64,000 bases of DNA from Acidobacteriota bacterium (GCA_040005235.1 JBDTZG010000028.1:6940-70939); one strand, 5' to 3'. Positions 7,847 to 17,696 are shown, counted from the stretch's first letter. A program made the numbers and translations. The notes: generated from the sequence alone by a model not told the origin.

Positions 7847-9835
7847 GTGGAAAAACTCCGCCGACTCCTGCCGGGCTTCCTCGGCCTCGCGCTCTACGCC
7901 CTGCTGGCGACGCTTTTCCTCCGTCCGATCTGGCGGGTCTATTCCGATCACATCGCCCCTGGCCCGGGCGATCCGATTCTCAATATCTACTTCTTGAAGT
8001 GGGGGATGCATCAGATCGGGCTTGGTCTGCCGAACGTCTGGGATGCGAACTTCTTCTTTCCTATGAAGGGCACGCTCACGCTTTCGGACCATCTGCTCGG
8101 TCCGGCGCTCCAGCTGTTTCTGCTCCGGCCGCTCGTCCCGAGCGCGATCGTCGGTTACAACCTGTTGCTCTGGAGCTCGTTCGTGCTCACCGGAGCCTCG
8201 ACCGCCTGGGTGCTTCGGCAGACGGGCTGCTCGCGGCCGGCCGCGTTCCTGGGCGGCGCGCTGTTCGCGTTTTGCCCCTACCGCTGGAGTCAGCTCTGGC
8301 ACCTCCAGGTGTTGCTGATGCAATGGCTGCCGCTCACGCTCTGGAGCTTCGACCGGCTGCTCGCCGAACGGACGCCGCGCCGGGCGGGTCTGTTTCTGCT
8401 TTTTTACCTGCTCCACGTGACCGGCGGGGCCTATCTTGCCTACATGGTCCACGTTCCGCTCGCGGCGCTGCTGCTGGTGCGGCTCGCTCGCCCAACCGAA
8501 CGGCGCGAGTTGTTTTCGCCCCGCTCGCTGCGAATCCTGGGTGTCACGGCCGTCGCGGCGCTGCTGATGATCGGCGCGATCTTCGCCCCTTACGTGCGCT
8601 TTTCCCACGCCAACAAGCTCGAACGAAACGTGACCGACGTCGTGAGTGTCGGCGGCGCTTTCGCGAGCTATCTCTCGCCCGCGATGGGGGCCACGTACTT
8701 CGACGGCGGAACCAAGTATCTGCTGCGCAGGCGGGCTCCGAGCCTCGAAGGGGCGCTCACGCGGAATGAAAATTCACTCTTCCCCGGCTTCCTGGCCCTC
8801 GGATTCGGGCTCGCCGCGCTCCTGGCGGTGCGGGGTCGCCCGGCCGGGGAAATCCCCTGGTGGCGCCGACAGCCTCCTTCGGCGTGGACCGCGGCGGGGC
8901 TCTTGGCTGCCGCGGTCGCGGCTCTGGCGATCGGGGACCACCTTACCCTCCGCGGTCCCGGGTACGGCCCGCTTCCCGCGGAGGGTGTCTGGTGGGGCGT
9001 CGGGCTGGCCGCGTTGGCGGGGCTTGCCGGAGCGCTCTGGGTGCGGCATCGCGCGGGTGCTCCTCCTCTGCTCGATCGCTCCCGGCTGCCCCCCGAAACC
9101 GCCGACTGGTGGCTCGGCCTGGCGCTCGGCGGAGGGGTTTCGCTCCTCCTCTCGCTGCCGGCCATCTACATCCCGGCGATGCGCCTTCTGCCCGGGCTTT
9201 CCGGCATGCGGGTCTCCGCCCGGTTCGGCCTTTTCGTGGTCTTCACGCTCGCCGCCTTTGCCGCGCGCGGGGTCGATGCGGCGGCCGTCCAAATCTCGGC
9301 GGCGATCGGGAGCCAGAAAGCAAAACGACTCGCGCTTGGGGCGTTCGGGGTGCTGATCGCGATGGTCGCTTGCTTCGAGCTCGGCCCCAACGGCGTCCGC
9401 TGGATGCGGGTGCTCAAAGAGGCCGAGTTTCCTCCGGTCTACGGCTGGCTCGCGAACCGGCCCGAAGTGTTGGCGGTCGCCGAGATCCCGATGTTTGCGA
9501 CCCCGTCCGAGACCTCGTACATGTATTACTCGACCGCCCATTGGAAGCCGCTCGCGAACGGTTTTTCAGGCTACGACCCGCCGATCCATCGAGAGCTTGC
9601 GGCGCAGTTACGCACGGTACCGAGCCCCGCCGGCTTGGAACGGTTGCGCCAGTTGGGGGTCACTCACCTGGTGGTCCACGCGGGCAATCGCCGGGCGCAT
9701 CTCACCGAGGCGGATCTCGACCTTTGGACGATGCGCATGAACGGCGAGGTCGAGCGCGTGTTTTCGGCGCCGCCGGATTTCGTCTACGCGATCAAGCTCC
9801 CGAGCGACAGGAAGCCGAACCTCGCCGGTTGGTGA
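7847..9835 (+). CDS. Large polytopic membrane protein with C-terminal extracytoplasmic domain (GT-C/YfhO-like; function unassigned)
   Basis: 662 aa with GTG start and a gaggtag RBS. The N-terminal ~450 aa contains many TM helices (DANFFFP, WSSFVLTGASTAWVL, LMQWLPLTLWSF). The C-terminal ~200 aa is soluble. It is divergently transcribed from the 6353..7762 gene across an 84-bp intergenic region. Confidence 0.65.
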   Translation: MEKLRRLLPGFLGLALYALLATLFLRPIWRVYSDHIAPGPGDPILNIYFLKWGMHQIGLGLPNVWDANFFFPMKGTLTLSDHLLGPALQLFLLRPLVPSAIVGYNLLLWSSFVLTGASTAWVLRQTGCSRPAAFLGGALFAFCPYRWSQLWHLQVLLMQWLPLTLWSFDRLLAERTPRRAGLFLLFYLLHVTGGAYLAYMVHVPLAALLLVRLARPTERRELFSPRSLRILGVTAVAALLMIGAIFAPYVRFSHANKLERNVTDVVSVGGAFASYLSPAMGATYFDGGTKYLLRRRAPSLEGALTRNENSLFPGFLALGFGLAALLAVRGRPAGEIPWWRRQPPSAWTAAGLLAAAVAALAIGDHLTLRGPGYGPLPAEGVWWGVGLAALAGLAGALWVRHRAGAPPLLDRSRLPPETADWWLGLALGGGVSLLLSLPAIYIPAMRLLPGLSGMRVSARFGLFVVFTLAAFAARGVDAAAVQISAAIGSQKAKRLALGAFGVLIAMVACFELGPNGVRWMRVLKEAEFPPVYGWLANRPEVLAVAEIPMFATPSETSYMYYSTAHWKPLANGFSGYDPPIHRELAAQLRTVPSPAGLERLRQLGVTHLVVHAGNRRAHLTEADLDLWTMRMNGEVERVFSAPPDFVYAIKLPSDRKPNLAGW

Positions 9836-10473
9836 AAATCGGGAGGATCGGCGAGGGTCGGCGACCAGGCGGAAAACTCGTGCGGAGTGTTCGGCGGGTT
9901 CGGCGGGCGTTCGATCCGATAGAAGTTCGCGCGCAGCAGCTCCGGAAGGGACTCCGGACCGATGAGCGAAGCCCACGGCAGCACCAGAACCGCCCACCAA
10001 TCCTGCTCGCCGACGCCCGTGTGAAGCAGATCGGTGCTTCCCGCGCCCCAGCGGATGTCCGGGCAGTTCCAGGCGGTCTCTACCTTTAGATCCTCGCGCC
10101 GGCCGGTCGGGTTCTCTACGCGCGCATCGAACAGCGCGCCGCGGGGGCTTACCTCGAATTCGAAGTACCGGCGCGGATCGTTGGCTCCGAAAGCCAGAAA
10201 CAGCTCGACCACCTCTTCCTGCCAGAGCGGATCGTCTCGCTCGGTGAAGGTCCCCCAGGCCGCGCGATCCGCGCAGTCAAAGCGCACGGCGAGGCCGAAC
10301 CGGTCGCGGCAGACGCGCACCGCCGTTTTCCAGATTGCGGCGCCGCCGGCGTCGGAACGGAGGAGCGGCGGCAACCGGGGAATGTGCTCCCAGGCCCAAA
10401 GGCCGACGACCGCATCGTCGTCGAGCGGTAGAGGCGCCATCGGTACGCGCCAGCGCGGCAAGGGAATCGTCAT
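9784..10473 (-). CDS. Hypothetical protein, CBM9-like / DOMON-like fold suspected
   Basis: 229-aa ORF with non-random composition. Motifs NFYRIERP, EFSAWSPT and FHQPARFG resemble carbohydrate-binding family 9-like domains. The start is uncertain, and the 3' end overlaps the convergent gene by ~50 nt. Confidence 0.45.
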   Translation of the reverse strand: MTIPLPRWRVPMAPLPLDDDAVVGLWAWEHIPRLPPLLRSDAGGAAIWKTAVRVCRDRFGLAVRFDCADRAAWGTFTERDDPLWQEEVVELFLAFGANDPRRYFEFEVSPRGALFDARVENPTGRREDLKVETAWNCPDIRWGAGSTDLLHTGVGEQDWWAVLVLPWASLIGPESLPELLRANFYRIERPPNPPNTPHEFSAWSPTLADPPDFHQPARFGFLSLGSLIA

Positions 10474-10558
10474 AGTGGTAGGCCCAACCTATTTGTAATA
10501 GCTTCTCACCCAATTGTCACCGCTTTTTCGTCCGTTTTCCCAAGAGGAGAGATCGGCC

Positions 10559-13369
10559 ATGAAGTTCCTTCGTACCCTCGGCCTCGTCGCGGGGCTCGCT
10601 TGGCTCGGTTCGGCAACCCTGTCGGCCCAAACCACCGGTTCGATCGTCGGCCGGGTGATCGACGAGAGCGGCGCGCCGCTGCCGGGGACCGCGGTCGAAG
10701 CGACCAGTCCGTCGCTCCAAGGAACGCGCTCTGCGACCGCCGACGCCAACGGCGACTACCGCCTGACCCTCCTGCCACCGGGCAGTTACACCGTGACCGC
10801 GAACCTCCAAGGTTTCGCACCCGAATCGCGCCAGGCTGTGGCCGTGGGGCTCGACAAAGGAACGACGATCGATCTGGCGCTCCGGGTGACGGCGTCCGAC
10901 GAGATCACCGTGACCGGCGAAGCGCCGGTGATCGACTCGACCTCGACCACCCTCGGTACCAGCCTCGACATCCGCGCCATCCAGACCCTCCCCACGGCGC
11001 GCAACTATTCGTCGGTGGTGCAGATCACCCCTGGCGCCTCCTCTGACGCTAACCCGGAAAACCAGGGGCAGACGACGATCTCGGTCTACGGCTCTTCCGG
11101 TGCCGAAAACGTCTTCTACATCGACGGCGTGAACACCACAGGGGTCGAATACGGCTTCCAGGGCAAGGAGCTGAACTTCGAGTTCATCGAGGCGATCGAC
11201 GTGAAGACCGGCGGATACCAGGCGGAGTTCGGCCGCGCGACCGGCGGGGTGATCAACGTCGTCACCAAATCGGGCGGCAACGAATTTCATGGCGATCTGT
11301 TCGGCTACCTGGATAACGACTCGCTCCAGTCGAGTCCCGACCCGATCGTCTCGACCGGTGGCACGGTCGAAGGCTTCTCGCGGAAAGACTACGGCATCGG
11401 TCTCGGCGGCTTTTTGAAGAAGGACAAGCTCTGGTTCTTCGCTGCCTACGACAAGGTGAGCAACACGCTCACCAGCGCGCTGCCGGCCGGCCCGCGGTCG
11501 GGCCAGGAGGTCGATTCCGACTCCGATCGAAAGCTCGGCGCGGCGAAGGTCACATACCGCTTGACCGAGAGCCAGTCGCTGATCGGCAGTTTCTTCCAGG
11601 ACCCGCGCGAGGACACCGGCGCGATCAACGATTCGAGCCATGCCCTGAACGGCGATCCCGACACCTACACCGGCCGGATCGAGCTGGGAGGCAAGGACTA
11701 TGCCTTGCGCTACCAGGGCATCGTCGCCTCCGAATGGGTTCTCACGGGGCAGGTCGCGCGGCACGAAGAGAAGAACTCCGTGGGTCCGTCGTCCGCCACC
11801 GGCGACACCGTGCAGTTTCGCGACGTGCAGAACGATTTCTTCCAAACCGGTGGCTTCGGCCTGATCCAGGACAAGAACTTCCAACGCGATCATGCCGGCG
11901 CCACTGCCGCGCGCTTCCTCGGCCGGCACGACCTGAAGCTCGGATTCGAGTACGAAAAGGAAAAGGCCGACGTGATCCGCCGCCAGTCGGGCGGCCAGTT
12001 GGTGGACGTCTTCCAGAATCCGTTGAACCCGAACCGGCCGATCTACCAGCACCACTACTGGACGACGCCGGACGCGACGGTCGCCAACGCACCCCTGGGC
12101 CAGCTCACGGCATCGCCGGAGCACAAGAACACCACCCTCTACTTGCAAGACGGCTGGTCGGTGCGGCCGAACCTGACGGTCAACCTCGGCGTGCGCTGGG
12201 ATCGCCAGCAGATCGTCGACGCCGAAGGCACCCAGCAGATCGACTTGAAGAAGGACTACGCGCCGCGCCTCGGCTTCGTCTGGGACCCGACCGCCGATAA
12301 CAAGAGCAAGGTATTCGGATCGTACGGGCGCTATTACGAGCAATTGCCGATGGACCTGGTGATCCGCTCGTTCTCATTCGAGCGCCAGCCGCGGATCGTC
12401 AACTTTTCGCCCACCGACATCCATCCGGATGCGGTGGCGGAAGGGATCTTGGGGACCGATTCGGCGATCCTCGGCGGATTCACCGAGCCGTCGGATCCGA
12501 ACATCAAGGGCCAGTACCTGACCGAGGTGCTGCTGGGCGGCGAGCGCGAGGTGATGCCCGACGTGGCGGTCGGCGCGAAGCTCATTTACCGCAAGTACGA
12601 CCGGGTGATCGAGGATTTCCTCTGCGCCGATGACGGCACCTACTGCATCGGCAACCCGGGAGAGGGTTTCTTCAAACAGGTGTTCACGCTCGACTATTCG
12701 CGCACCCTGCCGGCGCCGAAGCCGAAGCGGGAGTACAAAGGCGTTCAGCTCGACGTGACCAAGCGCTTCTCGAAGAATTGGCAGGCGCTCGCCTCGTACC
12801 TCTACTCGAAGCTCGACGGCAACTTCGACGGCGAATACGCGCCGTTCACCAACGTCGGCGCTGACCCGAATATCTCGGCCGCCTACGACTACTTCGACTT
12901 CTTCACCAACGGCAGCGACCTCACCCGCATCACCAACAAAGGTCCCCTGTCGAACGAACGACGTCACCAGTTCAAACTGTCGGGCATCTACCTCACCCCC
13001 TGGAATCTCCAGGTCGGCGCCTCGGCCTACTACCGCTCGGGCACTCCCCTCACCCGCTACGGCTACTCCGACGCCTATGGCCGCTACGAGTTCTTCCTCA
13101 CCCCGCGCGGCGGCGAAGGACGAGGCCCGGCGACCTACGAGGCCGATCTCCACTTCGGCTACCCGGTGAAGGCAGGACCCACGACGATCAACCTGCTGCT
13201 CGACGTTTTCAACGCCCTGAACGCCCAAAAGCCGATTCTGCTCGACCAGCGTTGGGGCTTCCAGGAGTCCGACAACACCCTGCCCAACCCGACCAATCCG
13301 GGCTACGGAAAACCGGTGCTGCGCACCGCCCCGACGTCGTTCCGAGTGGGTGTGAGGGTGAGCTTTTAA
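10559..13369 (+). CDS. TonB-dependent outer-membrane receptor with N-terminal carboxypeptidase-regulatory-like (CarbopepD) domain
   Basis: ATG at 10559 follows an aagaggaga RBS. The signal peptide is MKFLRTLGLVAGLAWLGSATLSAQ. The CarbopepD-like region is GSIVGRVIDESGAPLPGTAVEA...DANGDYRL. The plug/barrel region has the YGSSGAENVFYIDGV TonB-box-like segment. The C-terminal residue is aromatic (…RVGVRVSF), as expected for a beta-barrel. Confidence 0.9.
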   Translation: MKFLRTLGLVAGLAWLGSATLSAQTTGSIVGRVIDESGAPLPGTAVEATSPSLQGTRSATADANGDYRLTLLPPGSYTVTANLQGFAPESRQAVAVGLDKGTTIDLALRVTASDEITVTGEAPVIDSTSTTLGTSLDIRAIQTLPTARNYSSVVQITPGASSDANPENQGQTTISVYGSSGAENVFYIDGVNTTGVEYGFQGKELNFEFIEAIDVKTGGYQAEFGRATGGVINVVTKSGGNEFHGDLFGYLDNDSLQSSPDPIVSTGGTVEGFSRKDYGIGLGGFLKKDKLWFFAAYDKVSNTLTSALPAGPRSGQEVDSDSDRKLGAAKVTYRLTESQSLIGSFFQDPREDTGAINDSSHALNGDPDTYTGRIELGGKDYALRYQGIVASEWVLTGQVARHEEKNSVGPSSATGDTVQFRDVQNDFFQTGGFGLIQDKNFQRDHAGATAARFLGRHDLKLGFEYEKEKADVIRRQSGGQLVDVFQNPLNPNRPIYQHHYWTTPDATVANAPLGQLTASPEHKNTTLYLQDGWSVRPNLTVNLGVRWDRQQIVDAEGTQQIDLKKDYAPRLGFVWDPTADNKSKVFGSYGRYYEQLPMDLVIRSFSFERQPRIVNFSPTDIHPDAVAEGILGTDSAILGGFTEPSDPNIKGQYLTEVLLGGEREVMPDVAVGAKLIYRKYDRVIEDFLCADDGTYCIGNPGEGFFKQVFTLDYSRTLPAPKPKREYKGVQLDVTKRFSKNWQALASYLYSKLDGNFDGEYAPFTNVGADPNISAAYDYFDFFTNGSDLTRITNKGPLSNERRHQFKLSGIYLTPWNLQVGASAYYRSGTPLTRYGYSDAYGRYEFFLTPRGGEGRGPATYEADLHFGYPVKAGPTTINLLLDVFNALNAQKPILLDQRWGFQESDNTLPNPTNPGYGKPVLRTAPTSFRVGVRVSF

Positions 13370-13720
13370 GATTCGAGTGGGGTGGGTCTTCGACGGCCCG
13401 CCCAGTTAGTTCCGAGAACGAGATCCGCTAGTTTCCGAGGCCCAGCTCCTCGATCGAATCGACTTCCAAGATCCGATCGGCCAGTCCACCCAGGGCCGAA
13501 GCCCTCTGGCGGCATCGGAAGCCATCTGGGCTAGAATCCTTGGAATGATCGGAATTCAGCCAAGCCTTGAGCCCCCGATTCGAACGGTTTCGCGCCGGCC
13601 CCCGGGCGAAAATTCCCTGCGCGACGCGGCGATCCTTCTCCGCACGGTCAACCGCCTGCGCGGTGGGGGTATCGCTCCGCGGGGCGTTTACCGGTTCGCG
13701 AGCCACGAGGAAGCCGAGAC

Positions 13721-14224
13721 ATGGATGATGAGGCAGATGGCCCTTTCTCCCGTGCGCCGGAGCTTGAAGATCTCCTGAAGCTTTGCGCCGACCTCAACCG
13801 TGAGGGCGCGCGCTATCTCCTGATTGGTGGCTTCGCCGTCATTCTTCACGGCTTTGTGCGCGCCACGAAGGACATCGATTTTCTCGTTGACGACTCAGTA
13901 GAGAACCTGCAGGCGATCAAGAGGGCCATGGCGTGCCTGCCGGATAATGCCGCGGCGCTTCTGGCGGACGATGAGGTTAGTCGCTACAAAGTCGTTCGAG
14001 TTGCCGATGAGTTTATCGTCGACCTGCTCGGCGCGGCCTGCGGCATCACCTATGCCGAGGCCGAGAAAGCAGGCGTAGAGCAGTTCGAGATCGAGGGAGT
14101 CAAGTTGCCGGTGGCAGGCAAAGGTCTCCTGATTCGCACGAAAGAGACAATCCGCGAGAGCGACGCGCTCGACGTAAGATTTCTCCGCATGAAAATCGCC
14201 GAGGAGGGCGGGCGGGAAGGGTAG
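13721..14224 (+). CDS. Nucleotidyltransferase-fold protein (MNT/AbiEii-like, Pol-beta superfamily)
   Basis: 167 aa with a gaggaag RBS. It has the hG[GS]x(9-13)DhD signature: LLIGGFAVILHGFVRATKDIDFLV. No HEPN or other partner is evident. Confidence 0.55.
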   Translation: MDDEADGPFSRAPELEDLLKLCADLNREGARYLLIGGFAVILHGFVRATKDIDFLVDDSVENLQAIKRAMACLPDNAAALLADDEVSRYKVVRVADEFIVDLLGAACGITYAEAEKAGVEQFEIEGVKLPVAGKGLLIRTKETIRESDALDVRFLRMKIAEEGGREG

Positions 14225-14241
14225 CAATCCATCTTTTCGCC

Positions 14242-15240
14242 CTACAGCTCGCCGGTCAGAATCCGCGCCATCACCTCGCCGTCGACGTTTCCTCCAGAGA
14301 GAATCACCCCGATCCGCGCGCCGCTCGGCGGCTCCACCGCTCCCGAAAGCAGCGCCGCCACCCCCAGCGCCCCGGAGGGTTCGACGACCAGTTTGGTGCG
14401 GGCGAAGAGGAATCGCACGGCTTCGGCGATGGCGGATTCCGAGACCGTCGCCATGTCAGCCACGTATTCGCGCACCAAGGGAAAGGTGAGCTTGCCGAGC
14501 GAGGGGGTGCGGGTGCCGTCGGCGATCGTCGGCGGGTTCTTCACCGTATGGAGCACTCCCGTGCGGAACGAGAGGGTAGCGTCGTTGGCGACCTCGGGCT
14601 CGACGCCGATCGTGCGGCAGTCGGGCGCGGTGCCTCGGGCCGCGATCGCTGAACCGGAGAGCAACCCGCCGCCGCCGCAGGGCACGAGCAGCAGAGCAAG
14701 ATCGGGCTGCTCTTCGAGCAATTCGAGCGCTGCTGTGGCCTGGCCGCTGATGATCCGCAGGTCGTCGTAGGGCGGAATCACCACGGAGCCCCGCTCGGCT
14801 TGAAGCTTGGCCGCCAGCTCTTCGCGCGCCGTCTCGTCGGGATCGTAGAGGATGATCTCGGCCCCGTATCCGGCCGTCGCCTCGCGCTTGCTCGCAGGAG
14901 AGTTAACCGGCATCACCACGGTCGCCGAGACCCCCTGCTCGCGGCAGGCGAGCGCGATCCCCTGAGCGTGGTTGCCGGAGGAGAACGTGAGCACGCCGCG
15001 CGCTTTTTCCTCGGTCGAAAGTTGTGAGACGGCGTTCCACGCGCCGCGGATCTTGAACGCCCCGACCCGCTGAAGGTTCTCGCACTTCAAAAAGACTCGC
15101 GCGCCGACCGTTTCATCCAGAGCGCGGGAGGTGGCCACGGGCGTCCGGTGGGCGATGGCCTTCACCCGCAATGCCGCGGCGCGGACCTCGGAAAACAGGG
15201 ACTCGAAGGAGGGGAGATCGGCAGAGGGGAGGGGGCTCAT
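14242..15240 (-). CDS. Threonine/serine dehydratase (PLP fold-type II, short catabolic form)
   Basis: The PLP-lysine motif is KCENLQRVGAFKIRGAWNAV. It also has SSGNHAQGIALA and the GGGGL glycine-rich loop. 332 aa. Confidence 0.9.
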   Translation of the reverse strand: MSPLPSADLPSFESLFSEVRAAALRVKAIAHRTPVATSRALDETVGARVFLKCENLQRVGAFKIRGAWNAVSQLSTEEKARGVLTFSSGNHAQGIALACREQGVSATVVMPVNSPASKREATAGYGAEIILYDPDETAREELAAKLQAERGSVVIPPYDDLRIISGQATAALELLEEQPDLALLLVPCGGGGLLSGSAIAARGTAPDCRTIGVEPEVANDATLSFRTGVLHTVKNPPTIADGTRTPSLGKLTFPLVREYVADMATVSESAIAEAVRFLFARTKLVVEPSGALGVAALLSGAVEPPSGARIGVILSGGNVDGEVMARILTGEL

Positions 15241-15378
15241 GGCGCCATCCTCCGCCGGAGGCGACGTGGGGTCAACCCTACCTCTAGGCTGCGGTCTAAG
15301 GGCGGTCCATCCGGAACGGGCTTTGGAGCGTAGACCCGCTTAGAGCCGCGCCGACTGCGGCTCGGGAATGGAGTTTCG

Positions 15379-15969
15379 ATGCCTCTGAGCGCACCCGCGG
15401 CCAGCCTTCCTCTCGATCCTCATCTCGCCCGGCTGGCGGCCGAGGTTGCCGAAATCAGCGCGGAGACCGAGACGCTCTGCGCCGGTCTTTCCCCGGCACA
15501 GCTCGCCTGGCGTCCGGCGCCGAACCGGTGGGGGGCGGCCGACTGCTTCATCCATCTGACGCAGGCGGCGGAGGTCTTCCACCCGCGATTCTTGAGCGCG
15601 ATCGAGCGCACCCGGGCGGCCGGTGCCAAGAGCCGTGGCGCATGGAACGGTACTTGGGCCGGGCGCCTGTTCCAGGCCGTTTCGGGTTCGAAAGTGCGCA
15701 TACCCCTTCCGGCGCCTCCAGCGCTCCGGGTGGTGGCTGCGGCGCCTCCGGACGCGCATCGACGCTTTCTCGCCCGCGAGGTCGAGCTGATGGAGATCCT
15801 TCGCCGCGCCGACGGTCTCGACCTCGGGTTCTCGACGACGGGCTCGCCGATTTCTCGCCGCTTGCGCCTGCCGCTGGGCGATGGTCTCGCGCTGGTCGTC
15901 GGCCACGCCCGGCGCCATCTGGAGCAGGCACGGCGGGTTATCCAGATGGCCAGGTTCCCGCGGAGCTGA
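15379..15969 (+). CDS. DinB_2/DUF664 family (YfiT-like metal-dependent four-helix bundle) protein
   Basis: The His triad context typical of the DinB superfamily is present (CFIHLTQAAEVFH ... HARRHLEQA). 196 aa. Confidence 0.6.
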   Translation: MPLSAPAASLPLDPHLARLAAEVAEISAETETLCAGLSPAQLAWRPAPNRWGAADCFIHLTQAAEVFHPRFLSAIERTRAAGAKSRGAWNGTWAGRLFQAVSGSKVRIPLPAPPALRVVAAAPPDAHRRFLAREVELMEILRRADGLDLGFSTTGSPISRRLRLPLGDGLALVVGHARRHLEQARRVIQMARFPRS

Positions 15970-16031
15970 GCGGCAGGGTCGTGGGCGCCCGGGGGGGCTC
16001 AAGCCCGGACGCCCAGTCTCCCCTGATCGAT

Positions 16032-17696
16032 CTACAGTCCGATCGGCTTCAATGTGGGTCCCACGATGTGACCGAACTCGCCGGGCTCCTCGTGGCTGAT
16101 GTCGTGGGTGAAGTGAGCGCCGTACCAGACCACGACGTCGGCGTTGTCGATCGCCTCGTGATTGACGAACCCGTCGATCCCCGCCTCGTACGGCGGACCG
16201 ATGGCCACCGAGCCGTCGTCGATCTCGTTGCCACGGTAGCGGACGAACCAGAGATCCCCCTTCGGATAGGGCCAATCGGGAGACTGGGTGGCGATCCCGT
16301 CGTGCGGCCCAGGCTGAATCTCGTAGCCGGTTCCGCTCGCGATGTTCTCGACCCGCCACTTGCGTTGGAAGATCGGTGCCCGCGCCCTCTGGGTCTCGAA
16401 CGGGACGGTCTTCCATTTGCCCGACTGGAACGGCAGCTTGTTGTACTCGCGGACCCGGTTGCCGCCCGCGGTTGCGATGTCGAGATCGAGCCGCCAATAG
16501 CAATGATGGTGATGGACGTTGCAGACGCAGGAAGAGGTGTCGACCGCGGTGAATCCGAACCGCGGGCTAATCGTGCCATCCACGTGCAACCGCCATTCGC
16601 TGACGTAGCGATACCAGCCGGCTTCCATCTCGCTCACCAGGACGACTTCGAGGCCGTCGACGTAGATGCCTACGCCGAGGTAATTGCCGAGATCCACTCC
16701 GGTGTCGAGGATCGTCTTCGCCTTAGAAGGGCAGATGCGAAAGCCGGGGGCCACGTCGTTGCCGGCCGGCGCCTGGATCATGCTCTCCTCGTTCTGCCAA
16801 TCGCGGTAGGGGCCGCAGGCGTCACCATCGTATTTGACGTTCAAGATCGGCACGTGCCCGCGATAGAGCACCCGTTTGCCCTTGTAGTCGACGTAGCGCA
16901 GCTCGATTCCAGAGCCGTTGGTGCCGGACGAGGCGGCCGGCCGGACCGCCAGAAACTTCCAGATCGTGGCCCCGCCGTATTTGACGGTGATCCAGACCTG
17001 GCCGGCAATGTTTTGTGCGGTCGCCTGGGTCGCGTGCGGCAAACCGCAGGTGCCGAACCGGGCGAGCGAGGCGGCGGGGGCCCGCTCGGGGAAACGCACG
17101 ACTTTCTTGGCTCCAAGGTTGACGCCGACGATCTCGTGCTCGCGGTTCGCGCCGCTTCCCGGGCCGAGCAGACCGACCGTGACGCCGCGCTCGCGGCTGC
17201 CGTCCTCGTGCTCGGTGATGTGCAACGGCGGCATCGGGGGATAAGCGCGAAGCTTTTGGTCTTTGAGCCGGGGGCCGATCTCCGGATCGCGCAGCAAGAT
17301 CCTCACCGCCTCGTCGAACTCCGCCGCGCTCGCCCGCGGCTGATCGCCCTTTACGCTCACATCCAGCTTGCGCGGATCGGCTAGGCTCCCGCGGGCGTTG
17401 ATCGTGCGCTCGTGGGTGTAGTCGTACCAGGTGGCGACGAATCGATCGGGGGGCGACGGGCGTGCGCTCTTGCCCGCGGCGTCCGGGTCCTCCCAGCGGA
17501 TCGAGAGCAGCCGGTTGCGCGTTCCGGCGAGCAGCTCGGCGATCTGGCGGCTCGCGATGAGGCGCTCGGCGAGCGCGGCCACCTCTTCAGGGCCCGGACC
17601 GTTGGTGCGGACCTGTACTTCAATCGCTGGGGATCTCACCGAGCGGGCGGCTCGGGCTTTCGGGGAGGACTTCTTCGGGGTTTTGCGTGTTGCCAT
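16032..17696 (-). CDS. Copper amine oxidase-like protein (divergent catalytic domain)
   Basis: 554 aa. There is an HxH...RLDxDIxxxGxN block (NVHHHHCYWRLDLDIATAGGN). There is also a C-terminal W-x-G-x-H-x-x-x-x-x-H-E-E-P block (VVVWYGAHFTHDISHEEPG) that resembles the CuAO third-His/ED-P motif. The position equivalent to the TPQ N-Y-D/E-Y reads WYRY. No signal peptide. Confidence 0.5.
   Translation of the reverse strand: MATRKTPKKSSPKARAARSVRSPAIEVQVRTNGPGPEEVAALAERLIASRQIAELLAGTRNRLLSIRWEDPDAAGKSARPSPPDRFVATWYDYTHERTINARGSLADPRKLDVSVKGDQPRASAAEFDEAVRILLRDPEIGPRLKDQKLRAYPPMPPLHITEHEDGSRERGVTVGLLGPGSGANREHEIVGVNLGAKKVVRFPERAPAASLARFGTCGLPHATQATAQNIAGQVWITVKYGGATIWKFLAVRPAASSGTNGSGIELRYVDYKGKRVLYRGHVPILNVKYDGDACGPYRDWQNEESMIQAPAGNDVAPGFRICPSKAKTILDTGVDLGNYLGVGIYVDGLEVVLVSEMEAGWYRYVSEWRLHVDGTISPRFGFTAVDTSSCVCNVHHHHCYWRLDLDIATAGGNRVREYNKLPFQSGKWKTVPFETQRARAPIFQRKWRVENIASGTGYEIQPGPHDGIATQSPDWPYPKGDLWFVRYRGNEIDDGSVAIGPPYEAGIDGFVNHEAIDNADVVVWYGAHFTHDISHEEPGEFGHIVGPTLKPIGL

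Noticed and set aside
13545-13778. 77-aa ORF overlapping the start of the nucleotidyltransferase gene, considered as a possible antitoxin/toxin partner
   Set aside because: It overlaps the NTase gene by ~58 nt in a different frame, has no RBS or family signal, and has Arg/Pro-rich composition. I did not annotate it as a gene.
15340-17384. Long ORFs 15340..16503(-) and 15528..17384(+) overlapping the DinB_2 and CuAO-like genes
   Set aside because: They are antisense or alternative-frame ORFs with Arg/Pro/Gly-rich low-complexity composition. The DinB_2 and CuAO-like frames carry recognisable motifs instead.
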